Below, one piece after another: positions 26,641 through 38,105 of a stretch of 64,000 nt of DNA. Location: the NCBI GenBank assembly GCA_964016885.1, contig OZ024740.1, positions 248,000,001 through 248,064,000 on the forward strand, written 5' to 3'. Numbering within the stretch: the stretch's first letter is position 1; every line of letters starts with the position of its first letter. Made by a program: the position numbers and the translations under genes. This DNA is from Eledone cirrhosa (taxonomy: Eukaryota). The notes below the pieces were generated by a model. The model did no database searches, was not told the origin of the DNA, and saw nothing but the letters and a program-made list of their open reading frames with translations.

Positions 26641-26929
26641 AACACCACCAAAATCCACATTGCACATACATAAGGTGTACAGAACTGTGCTCGGTAATGC
26701 AGTAGCAACACATAATAAAAATAGGACTAATAACTTTATTTTTTGTATAGCAAGTGGTTGCTAAGTGAAGTATTAATTGGCCTTAAATCACTCCCTGATC
26801 TCATGGGCTCAATATATCATGCAGAATTCTGACAGTGCTTGTGATAGAAATCTGGGCACTGCCTATGAAGTTGGGGCTCTCAAGGCTTTAGATGAAAGAC
26901 ATAAAGCAATTAGAGACCGTGCTTAGCAT

Positions 26930-28895
26930 CCCAAACCTCTAATATTTTGCATAGCTCTAATACCCCTTACAATTGAACTTAACAGAACAAATTACAATTA
27001 GAAAATTGTCGACAGAAAAATATGCCATCTAACTTATGTGGATGACCTAAAACTTCTTCTTCTTCTTCGTCCACTTATTACTGAGGGGGTCGTGGGGGAA
27101 GAGTCCTCAAACACTCCTTCCAGTGGGTCCTGTCAGAAGCAACCATCTCCAACTGATCTGACTGGATCCCCAACAAGATCAGCCAAGCTCATGAATGCTA
27201 TCCATGAGCTGGATCTCTTGTAAAATCTTTCCAGCGATTCTTTCCTGAGATAAACACTCTAAACAAGGAGTCCGAACAGGTTCTTCCTTGATGAAGTCAC
27301 TGCAGCGTTAAATGTAGTCAAGACTGAGTCATATATCCTGATGGGAGATTTCAATGCACTTGTTGGCACTGACTACTTGACATGGAAAGGAGTGATTGGA
27401 AGGAATGGTGAACCCAATCTAAATACGAATGGAGAAGCCTTGCTGGACTTCTGTTCTAGCAATAGACTCTCTATTATGAACACCTTCCAGCACAGAGACA
27501 TCCATAAATATTACATGGTATAAGGGGAATCAATGACAGAGATCAATAATTGATTTTGTTATTGTCTATGATCTCTTAGATTCTGTGATGTATGTTCATG
27601 TTAAGAGAGGAGCTGAGCTGTCAACTGATCACAATCTAGTTATCTGTAACTTGAGACTACCTAAAGCCCACAAAACTGACGAGTTCAGGGTAATGGACAC
27701 GATAAAGTGGGAAACATTGTTGGATAAGGAAGTCAGGTATGCAGATACTATTGCATCCAAATTCAGAGAATTCCCTGAGCAAACTGAGGACATTGAGACA
27801 GAGTGGAGATTGTTCAGCTCAGCAGTTTCTGCTTCAGTTGTAAAACGCTGTGGGTAAAATAAGCTTGGTGTGGCGCCGCATGGCAGGAGACCCCTTGGTT
27901 CAATCAAGGGGTCAAAAATACCATCTGAGCAAAGAAGGACTTTACAAAGCTTGGCTTGGAAATAAGTCCTGCTTCTTGCACTTGCATTACAAGCAGGCAC
28001 AAAAAATCACAGCAGAGAGAGTAAAGGCGTCCAAAGTTAAGATATGGGAGGACTTAGAGAGTAAGCTGGAATCTGACTTCAGATCAGCAAATAAAGTGTT
28101 CTGGCAGACTATCTGCCAATTTCATAATAAGAAGTTTGAGCTTGATAAGTGTGCCAAGTGTTCAAGAAAAGGAAGTTGATAAACTCAAATTTAGTCGAAC
28201 TGCATGTTGAAACAGTTACAAAAGAACTTGAGCAGGAACAAACTTATAAAGCATGAAAAAGAAGGAACGAATGTTATAAGAGAGTACAAGCAGTTCTGAA
28301 ATCTGAGCTAAATGCACATAACAAGGTGTTAGCCATAAATTCCTTAGCAGTTCTAGTTGTTAGTTATAGCTTCAATGTGTTGAACTGGAATATCGGTGAA
28401 ATAAAGAGAATTGACACAAAAATTCATAAGTTGTTAACTTGTAATAAGATGCACTACCCAGAACTCAAAGAGGTAGAAGTTTGACCCAGTTTGAACTGTC
28501 TTACAAAACCATCACAATTCAACTGCCAAATATCTTGGAGCAACAAACAACTGGATGCTGAAACTCATTGAAAAATATGAGAAAAGTAAGAAGCTTCATT
28601 TGATCTTGAAGGAGAGCAAAAAATTTGCTACTGATCTTATGATTAATATCTAGACTAGACAGATCGAGGGAACTGTGGCAACAGTTGTTGCAAAGTAAGT
28701 AAAATTAATGGCTAAGAAAAAAGGTGGGAGCAGAAACCACTGCATGGCAAATATGTGGTCCATAAGCAAACAAGCTGATGTTGGCCAGAAGCACACCTAT
28801 AAGTGACTATGTAGCTCATGGATAAAGGTAGAGAGTGAAGGCTTCATCTTAATTGTTCCAGATCAAAGTTTATTAATTCAGAACTATCAAGCAAG
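26930..28895 (+). mobile_element. R4/Dong-like RT fragment interrupted at 27055-28135 by RTE family 2 pieces (3' end on minus with (AAG)n tail, APE region on plus)
   Basis: YVDDLKL at 27035 resumes as FELDKCAK at ~28135; the insert has GDFNALVG and STDHNLV. Confidence 0.75.
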
Positions 28896-29985
28896 AAGAG
28901 CCTGTTCAGATTGTCCTTGTCAACGCCCATAGCCAATCGCAGGCCATTGTTGCTTACACCTTCCACTAACCCTCTCTGCAAGTGTTGTTTTCTGATCACT
29001 TATCGAGTTGTTAAATTGATAAAGTACCATGAGCTCCTGGCAGCATTCTAGATGCCAATAATGATAATAATTTCTTAAGTTGGCAGAAAGCCCCAATTTT
29101 CTTAAGGTAGAGATTAAAGCTGGCAAAAACTGGTTTCAGTGTATTACCAATGCTCATTTTATTAAGGCTCTGAGTGAGATAAAAAGCAAAATTCATTCTA
29201 GCAAGAGGAGGAGGAAGAGGTAGTGATATTGGTGGTGGTGGAGGTGGTGGTTTCTAACATAGGCACAAAGCCAGAAAATTGGGACAAAGTGATTAATCTA
29301 ATCCCAGTATTAGACTAGTACTTTCTTTTATCTACTGCAGAAGGATGAAAAGCCTAGTTGACTTTGGTCAGTGGAATTTGCAATCAGATTGGAACAAATG
29401 GCACAAGATGCTTTGTTCGATGCTCTGCCGATTTCACTAGTCTACTGCTCAATGATAATAATAGAAACCCTGAATTTATTTAAACAGTCAGTCATTAATT
29501 CTGAAATTCTAACACCCATATTTAAAATTATTAGTAGAACAATACATGAGTACCCCACCACCATCAACAACAACAATAACACACAGTTACATGGATACTG
29601 ATCACTAATCCCCAAACTTCTAAGATCATAAAGGTGCCAGTGGGCATTTTAAACCTTGCAACATTGATTCTTCTTCAGATTTAATCACAGTTGATTTCTT
29701 CCAGAGAGCAAAAGAAAGCAAGAGAGAAGAACTGACCCTATAGAGGACTGGCACTTATTTATCAACCCCAAAAGGATCGAAGGTAAAGTTGGTCTTGACA
29801 GGAATTGAACTGAGAGCACAAAGAGTTCAAAGAAACAAATACTGCAAATCATTCTATCTGATGCCCTAACAATTCTAACAATTTGTCAACTTACATGGAT
29901 ACAATGACATAAAAATATACAACAACAACAAATAAAACAAAAAATAAATAACTACATAAGAAGGTAGTAAAATAATGTTACTTAC

Positions 29986-30212
29986 TTTGTAGAAGTGCTT
30001 CAAACAAAGCAATACTAACAATGCCATTGTTAGGGCTGGGATGATAAACACCCAGATAATGTTGCTAGAATGGTTATACCAAGACATGGAATGTTCAAAC
30101 CTGACCAGCACCAAAGCAATTACCAATATAGTTGCCACTATAGACACCCACATGACAAATAATGTCAAAACTGCACCAAACAGCTTTGACAAAGACTTCC
30201 ATGATGATTTAC
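29986..30212 (-). CDS. ERMP1: ERMP1-like exon: GKSSWKSLSKLFG...SMSWYNHSSNIIWVFIIPALTMALLVLLCLKHFYK
   Basis: ttgtag/gtaagt, 227 nt, phase 1-0. SMSWYNH resembles ERMP1 SLSWYNH; TM helices. Confidence 0.92.
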
Positions 30213-30359
30213 CTACAAAATAAAAAATAAATAAAAACAGAAAAAAGAAGATTGCTTAAAATAATTACAAAGTAGGTTAGAACATCATCAACAGCATCAT
30301 CATCACCACTATCTTACATGTTTTCCATGCTGTAGGATACCTACAAATGCTATTACAAA

Positions 30360-31820
30360 AGGTTGCCGAAAGAGGAAAATGCAGGGGGCAGTGAAGGCCT
30401 ACCCCAATTAGCCCCAATTGAGAGAGTAGCCATCAAAATTGACAGTAGAGTGGTAGATAAAATAATTAAGGATATGAAGATAGGGAAGACAGCTGACCAA
30501 GAAATAATAGCTAAGATGATTAAAATATTCAGTGGAGTAGGACAGAGGCTAATCACTCGCATAGTCAATCAGGAAGAACAGGAAGATGTTATATCCAATG
30601 ACTGGCATAGAAGCATGATTGTCAACAGCTACAAGGTACAAAAGAAGCAATTACAGAGACATGAAACTGTTGAACCAGGCTGTTATCCTCTTAGCATTCA
30701 TTAACTTGAAACAGGCCTTTGATAGAATCCCAAGATCTGTATTTTGGTAATTGCTGAGGACGTTAGGGATAGATGAGTGGCTTGTGAGGGCTGTACAAGG
30801 CATATACAGAGATGCTGTCAATAAGGTGAGAGTTAGAAATGAATTCAGAATACAGGTAGAGCTGTTCTCGGCCTCCTCTTCTATATTATAAACCTCCCAG
30901 CTGAAACAGAAGAATTCATGACTGATTGTCTGTAAGAACTCCAGTATGCTGATAATCTAGCTCTTGTAGCTAAATCTGTAGAAGAATTAGAAAAGTTCCA
31001 GATATAGAAGGAAAATCTGGAATCAAAATGTCTTAAAGTAAACCAAGCAAAAACTAAATTTTTAGTTAGTACCAGAGAGGCAAGGACTCTGCTACCATCA
31101 AGAAAATGGTCATGCTCAATATGCAGAAAAGGAGAAGGCAAAGAATGACATATGGTGTACCCAATGTGTATAATGGTTGCACAAGAGGTGTCGTAAGATC
31201 ATAGGTAGGCTGACAGAGCAGGTTGACTTCATATGTGACAGATGCACAAGTATAGTCAACAGTAAAGTTCCTCATGAAATTATTTCCTCAAATGCTCAGA
31301 AGGTTCACTAGAAGTAATAGGTAGCTTTTGTTATCTGAATGACCTCATTAAAAGTAGAGATGGATGTACCAAATTGTTGTGACCAGAGTGAGAACTGGAT
31401 GAAAGAAGTTTAAGGAGTTGTTACCTTTGCTGGCAACAAAAAGCTTTTCTATCTGAGTGAAAAGCAGATTGTATGACGCTTTCATTCAAAATACAGATTT
31501 GTGATGGTCAGGAAGAAATGCAGTGTGCATGTTTTGCTGGATGTGTAATGTTAGAGTGCATGAATGACGGAGCTCAAGTGAACTGAGAGAAAAGCTGAAT
31601 ATAAGAGGAATCATATGTAATGTGCAAGAAAGATGGTTGTACTGGTACAGACTGTATAAAGAAATGCTGAGAGCTTGAAGTGGATGAAATCTGTGGAAGA
31701 GGGAAACCAAGAATGACATGAAACAAAGTGGTGAAGACTAACCTCAAGAAACTATACCTTACAAAGGAGATAAGACAGGATTGCAATGATTAGCAACTCA
31801 CTATGCTGGAAAAGATCTAT
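30360..31820 (+). mobile_element. Old degenerate RTE LINE (family 1)
   Basis: IKDMKIGK, LGIDEWLVRAVQG, WSCSICRKG. Confidence 0.78.
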
Positions 31821-32013
31821 TCACCAGTAAAAGCACAGTGACATGAACACCAAATTAAAAGTGGCAATGATAGAGGCTAGGACTTACTCATAACCCTCTC
31901 CTCTATGACCCTGCTATGATACCTACTACAACATGCTGACTGAATAACAGAGGACAGAGGGCATCTGATTAGCCCATATCCAACTCCTTCACCATATCCC
32001 ATTACTTACCATT

Positions 32014-32198
32014 TGGATTGGCAGTATCAGTAGAGGGACGGACGTGCCATGCTTTCCAGCATAGTTACGTCCCTTTACGATCTGAGTTCAAATCCCGCCG
32101 AGGTTGACTTTGCCTTTCATCCTTACGGGGTCGATAAAATAAAGTACCAGTAATGCACTGGGTATTTGCTGGCCTTGTGCCTAAAGTAGAAACAATTA
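32014..32198 (+). mobile_element. tRNA-derived SINE
   Basis: Family consensus. Confidence 0.88.
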
Positions 32199-32502
32199 TC
32201 TCTATAACACCCATTATCACTACCACAAACTCTCTCTGCAACAAAATGGATTCTGCTAAAGGCATCCAAGAATCAAGTGGTGGTACTAAATTGGGCATTA
32301 GATTAAGTAGGCCAGTGCAGGACATGATATCAGAAATCAACGAGTCAGAACAATTATCACCAGTCCACTTCTCTAAACTGGTCCTTCACTTATGGACCAC
32401 AGAAGGATGAAAAGCAAAGTTGACCTCGATAGGATTTGAACTCAAAATACAAGGAGCCTGAATAAGAACCACAAGGCATTTTGTCTTATGTTTTAAGAAC
32501 TA

Positions 32503-32922
32503 TACTGATACACAGATATACAATAATGTTAAGCCAAATAAGCTTTTGTTGCCATTATATCAAAATAACATTATTTTCTTTTAAAATAAAGTACCAGTAA
32601 TGCACTGGGTAATTGCTGGCCTTGTGCCTAAAGTAGAAACAATACTGATACACAGATATACAATAATGTTAAGCCAAATAAGCTTTTGTTGACATTATAT
32701 CAAAATAACATTATTTTCTTTTAAAATAAAGTACCAGTAATGCACTGGGTAATTGCTGGCCTTGTGCCTAAAGTAGAAACAATACTGATACACAGATATA
32801 CAATAATGTTAAGCCAAATAAGCTTTTGTTGCCATTATATCAAAATAACATTATTTTCTTTTAAAATAAAGTACCAGTAATGCACTGGGTAATTGCTGGC
32901 CTTGTGCCTAAAGTAGAAACAA
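32503..32922 (+). repeat. Three near-perfect 140-bp tandem units, each containing a SINE 3' end
   Basis: TACTGATACACAG starts at 32503, 32643 and 32783. Confidence 0.95.
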
Positions 32923-33633
32923 TTATTTTCTTTTAAAAAGAACCTGTATTTAAATTTATTGTTATAATAATTCTTTAACAAAATGTATTTCTCACAGAGC
33001 CAAAATAATTATCACAAGGCTAATGCACTAACACTCATGCCAATTTGCTGCCAAATAATAGATAAATAAGATAATTGTTTCTAATTTTGCCACAAGGCCA
33101 GCAATTTGAAGGGAAGGAGAAAGTCAATTAAATCGATCCCAGTGCATTACTGATGCTTTATTTTATCAACCCTGGAAGGATAAAAGGCAAAGCTAACCTC
33201 GGTGGGATTTGAACTCAGCATATAGAAAGCCATAACTAAATAGCATTTTGTCCATACTCTGCCAATCCAGCATCCCGTAAGTAAATAAGACAATCAAAGT
33301 GAGTAAGTTTTACAAGGTTCAAATTTAATTACCAAGTTTCTTATGAAATACACTGTATATGAATTAATTAAAGGTGAATTTGGAAAGATTTACTAAAATT
33401 AATAATTACTTTGTTAAGATGATAATTTATAACATAACTTAACAAATGGTTCTCATATCAAAATATGTAGGAACATTTTTATTTAAATAAGAATTCTTTA
33501 AAATGGTTGGGTTTATTTCATAGAACCAGAGACAGTTTTAAGTGTGTTGGTATCAGTTTTAAGTGGATTAAAGGTACACAAGAGCAAGGTGAGTTGGTAT
33601 CAAAAGAGTTAAAGAAAAAAGAAAATATCTCAC

Positions 33634-33852
33634 CTTTAGAATTGTTTCCAAAATGTAGGTGACGTTTAGTAATAAGTAACAAACTACACACGACAATCAC
33701 AATGTTCAAGATGGCTGCTATACGTTTAGGGTATACAAACATATAAAAACCGACAACATCATAGAATACCATGTTGCCATGACGATCGGCCCCTGGATTG
33801 GCCAGTTTTGGGGTAGATGCAATTGTTTCCAACAGATTTTTCAAGTTTTCTC
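33634..33852 (-). CDS. ERMP1: ERMP1-like exon: GENLKNLLETIASTPKLANPGADRHGNMVFYDVVGFYMFVYPKRIAAILN...
   Basis: tcaaag/gtgaga, 219 nt, phase 1-1. RHGNMVFYDVVG resembles ERMP1 RHGNMVFFDVLG. Confidence 0.95.
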
Positions 33853-33959
33853 CTTTGAAAATAACAACAAAGATGTCACTGTAGATTTCAGTTTATATAC
33901 ACATACACACACACATATATATATATATAGTGAAAGATTGAAGAATAACATGGTCAGCT

Positions 33960-34930
33960 GTACAACAAGGGGTTTTATTTCAAGTATTAACAATTGTTTC
34001 ATTGATCAAGTGAGTCTAAAGGCCGCTAATCACTCGAAGTTGCGTCACTCGAAGTGTATGTATAAAGATGTGAGGGTGGAGATAATACTAACATGAAAAG
34101 TAACATTAGATACATACATACATACGTGGTGGTCAAATCTCAGAGGGTAGAGAATAAAAGGTAGTAACAAATGACAGATAAAGACAAAAAATAATAAATT
34201 AAAAATTAAGTAAGAGATACGAGGATGAGATATAAGGGGTAGGGCTAAGGACAGGGAAGGAGGATTTTGATATATGTATGTGTGTGTGGTAAATGTTTAG
34301 CGTGCTGATTGTCTTATCTTAATGGGGTTGATGTGGCTTTAGGGAGAGAGAGTGAAAGAAAGGTTAGGAGATTTATGATGTTGATCTAGTGACCAGTCGG
34401 TCAATTGACAGCTAATAACAGTGGGGTGGTACGTATTCAGTACATTAAAATCCGGGTGGTTTAGCTCGAATTTTGAGTTTGCTGGGTCGAATCATGTTGG
34501 CTTGAAATTTGTGAACTTGGTAGCTGTTTTGTGCCTACAGAAAATTGATCTTTCTATTTTAAAGTTAAGCAGCATCTTATCATACTTTAAAATATAGAAT
34601 AGCTCCATATTGCAAAGTCCGCAGTGGGACATTCCATTGTTGTAGGCCCTTGCTCCCGATAATTTCAACCAGCTAATCCTATATTCCTGGTTTGTGTCCT
34701 TAAGCTGCCAGATTTTATTGGCCAGCGTTGTTGAGTTCTCTAGTCTATGGTTCTTCATAGAGTGTCTGTGAATGTACCATCTTTTTTTTAATTCCCCAGT
34801 CGTGGAACCTATGTAGTGCCATGTTAAGTTGCCCAAATTTATAGTACACAGGTACACCATACTTGAACTAACTATTGAAACATCTTGTTGAGTCAAACAA
34901 AGCCATACGTTAAAACTATCCACAATACAG
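33960..34930 (-). mobile_element. Penelope-like element 3' fragment (GIY-YIG endonuclease plus 3' region)
   Basis: ORF 34492-34923: VYLC..YIGSTTGELKKRWY.H, STTLA..IW, CGLCNME, LLN..E...CRH. Confidence 0.88.
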
Positions 34931-34980
34931 AGTACTCACAACCTATAACTGGATTACCTATAACGATAACTTGTTATCCC

Positions 34981-35019
<39 letters not shown>

Positions 35020-35020
35020 T

Positions 35021-35059
<39 letters not shown>

Positions 35060-35154
35060 GATATATATTGTGTGTGTGAGTGTCCCAAAACTGAAATGAC
35101 TGTAATAACAGTTGATCACTAGAGATAATATTTGAGAAAATCAAGTAAAATACC

Positions 35155-35640
35155 ATCATCATCATCGTTTACCATCTATTTTCCCCTGCTAGCATGGGTT
35201 AGTTGAGTTGTCCCATTGTGAGACAAGTCAGATCAGATGGCTGTGTCTTGCTCATACAGAACTGTTTCTTGTTTGGTTTCTACAGCTGGATGCCCTTCCT
35301 AATACCAATCATATTTACAGTGTGGACTGGGCAGTTTTTGACATGACACCAACACAAACACTTTACTGTGTGGGTCGGGCACTTTTTGTCATGATACTAA
35401 CAGAACCACTTTACAGTGTTGACTGGGCACTTTTTGTCATGGCATCAAAATGTCCACTTTACAGTATGGGCTTGACGTTTTTTGTTGTATCATCAAGGTT
35501 AGGCTGATCGCTTTTTGCCATGTCACCAAGGTTGGGCTGGGTCCTTTTGTAATGTCACCATGGTTTGGCTGGGTGCTTTTTGTCATGTCACCGTGGTTGG
35601 GTTCAGTGCTTCTTCTTTCTTTTGTTACTATCACAACCAT
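35155..35640 (-). mobile_element. RTE 3' UTR fragment with expanded tandem units
   Basis: (CAT)n tail, GGATGCCCTTCCT, about four ~48-bp units and about four shorter ~33-bp units. Confidence 0.8.
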
Positions 35641-35758
35641 TCTACAAGGTGGACTGGGTGCCTCCAATCGGATCACAAACATGACCACTTTACAGGCTGA
35701 ACCAGAACTTTTAGCCATTTCAGCAGCATTGCAGGAAAGGATGTTCAGCTATCCATGG

Positions 35759-35798
<40 letters not shown>

Positions 35799-35802
<4 letters not shown>

Positions 35803-36902
35803 GGTGTTCGGAAAGTAACTGCGCTTTTGTCACCACTATGAAATATGAATCAACCAATCACATCAGAGCCAAAGTTAAATGGGTGGAAACTGTTTAAAAT
35901 AGTTCAGTATATCATCTTTTCTATCTGGCAGTGTGTCATTCATAGTTATTTCAGTAATTAACCCCATGGAGGATAAGAATTTTATGAAACAACATATTCA
36001 CCATTGCTTACTGTATGAGTTTCGAAAAAACAGTTCCACTACAGAAGCAATAAAAAACATTTGTGAAGTGTATCCAGATGCAGTAAAAGCTTGAACATGT
36101 TTGCTATGGTTTAAAAGATTTAAAGATGGCAATTGTACCATATCCGACAAGCCTCGCTCCAGAAAACGACACACTATGAATGACAACCTTTTGAATGAGA
36201 CTATTGTATCAGCTCTACATCATATGTGTCATGTTCAACTATCCACAAACATCTCAAGCAAATTGGGAAAACATGCAAAGAGGGAATTTGGGTTCTACAT
36301 GAGCTTACGCTTGAGAACCGAACACGTTCCAATAGCTGCAGCAGTCTTCTAATCAGGAATAACCACCTACAGCGCATTGTTACAGGTGATGAAAAATGGG
36401 TTTTATATCAGAACAGAAAATGAAAAACAATGGTTATCATGTAATGAAAGACCAGTACCAACACCAAAACCAGAACTCCATCTACAAAAATCCTTGCTCT
36501 GTGTTTGGTGGAACATGAAAGGTATCATCCATTACGAGCTACAGGAACATGGAAGAACCATCAATGCAGATGTCTATTGCCAACAACTTAATCGTGTAAA
36601 TGAAAAATTACATTTACAGTGACCTGCTCTGGTAAACAGAAAAAGTGTTATTCTCCAACATAATGATGCATGTCCACACTGCAAAACAAACCCAAGAAAT
36701 GATAAGATCATTAGGATGGGAAGTTTTTCCACATCCTTCAGAAACAGAGAGGAAGATGAAAACAGCTTTTCAGACTTTTTTTCAGGAAAAGAAATAGGTT
36801 TCTTTAAACGTGGGATCAAAAAGTTGCCTTCCTGTTGAGCTGTAGTTGTTGAAAACAATGGTGATTACATTCTTGATTAAAATTACCTTCAGAACACCCT
36901 AA
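35799..36902 (+). mobile_element. Mariner DNA transposon, defective
   Basis: TIRs TTAGGGTGTTC(G/T)GAA(A/G)GTAA next to a TA run; WVLHEL, IVTGDEKWVLY, LLCVWWNMKGIIHYEL. Confidence 0.92.
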
Positions 36903-36939
36903 CATATGCATATTTATGTATTTGTTCTGCAAGATTCTT

Positions 36940-38105
36940 GATGTGAAATCGTGTGTTGAAACCAATATCGTTATATTTGGGGATGGTCATGCTGCCAATA
37001 CTGCCAATAGAAAGAAACCATATAATTTTCACTTTCGCTTTATATTTATTCTTTGTTATTCATTTGTTTATCAAAAGTTCTTTCAACACATACTACACTT
37101 TATCCACCACATGCAGTTCTCTGGTTATATCCAAAGCGACAGGATCAGGGTGTACAAAGAAGCCATGGCTAAATTCAAAACCATTATGGAGAATGATACG
37201 AATGGTATTTGCCCACTATACAGGAGCAAATCATGGAATAGCAGCTCAAGGTATGACAGACAGTCAAAAATACCAGAGTGTCATGTTGTTGATGCTACTC
37301 CCAGAGGCAAACTAGTGTATCATTTTAGAAGAACCTTAGAAAAAATGAATCTTAGGATTAAAGTAGTAGAAAAGCCAGGAGCTACCATAAAATCACATTT
37401 CAGTAGGATATATCCCTTTCGGAAAAACGCCCAGTATTGATAGAAACTGTATAGTCTGTAAGATGAGCCCACAGATAAACTTTAAAACTAGAAATGTAGT
37501 CGATAGGAATGATGCAGAAATAAGATGACATACATAGGAGAGAGGTTAAAGGAACACGGGTGAGAACTTAAGGGGAAAAGCTCATCAGTATTATACCAAC
37601 ATGGCAAACTAGAACACAAGGGCTCAATAGACAACAGCAATAAAGATCCTATCCACACAGAACTGATGCAACACTTAGACAAATTACGGAGGCCACACAC
37701 ATAATAGAAGATAGTCCTAGACTGAACAGAAAACACAATTGGAATAGTAACTACCTGCAACTTAATGACTGGAGACAGAATAAAAACACAAACAGCAAAC
37801 CAACACACACATAAAACATATGTAGACATGAGAAACACATACACACACAGAGACAAAGATGCTAACACATGCACAGACACAAAACACAAAAAACACACCA
37901 CAAAACGAACAAAAAAAAGATGTAGTAGAAGTTTAAGACCAGAAAAAGAGGAGGCACAAAACAGATTATCATTGAGGAGGTCACAGAATGTGTGATGAAA
38001 GAACTTTGATAAAGAAATGAATAACAAACAATAAAGATACCGTGAAAGTGAAAATTATATGGTGCATGTGATTCATTCTATTGGCAATATTGGCAACATA
38101 CCCAA
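36940..38105 (+). mobile_element. Penelope-like element 3' fragment flanked by inverted ~120-bp repeats
   Basis: PLYRSKSW, DATPRGKL, IKVVEKPG..IK....PF, then YIGE. 36978-37095 is the reverse complement of ~37985-38103. Confidence 0.75.

Noticed and set aside
33985-34050. Possible hammerhead at the Penelope 3' end (minus strand GAAACAATTGTT)
   Set aside because: Palindromic stem III-like sequence is present but no CUGANGA core is recognisable.
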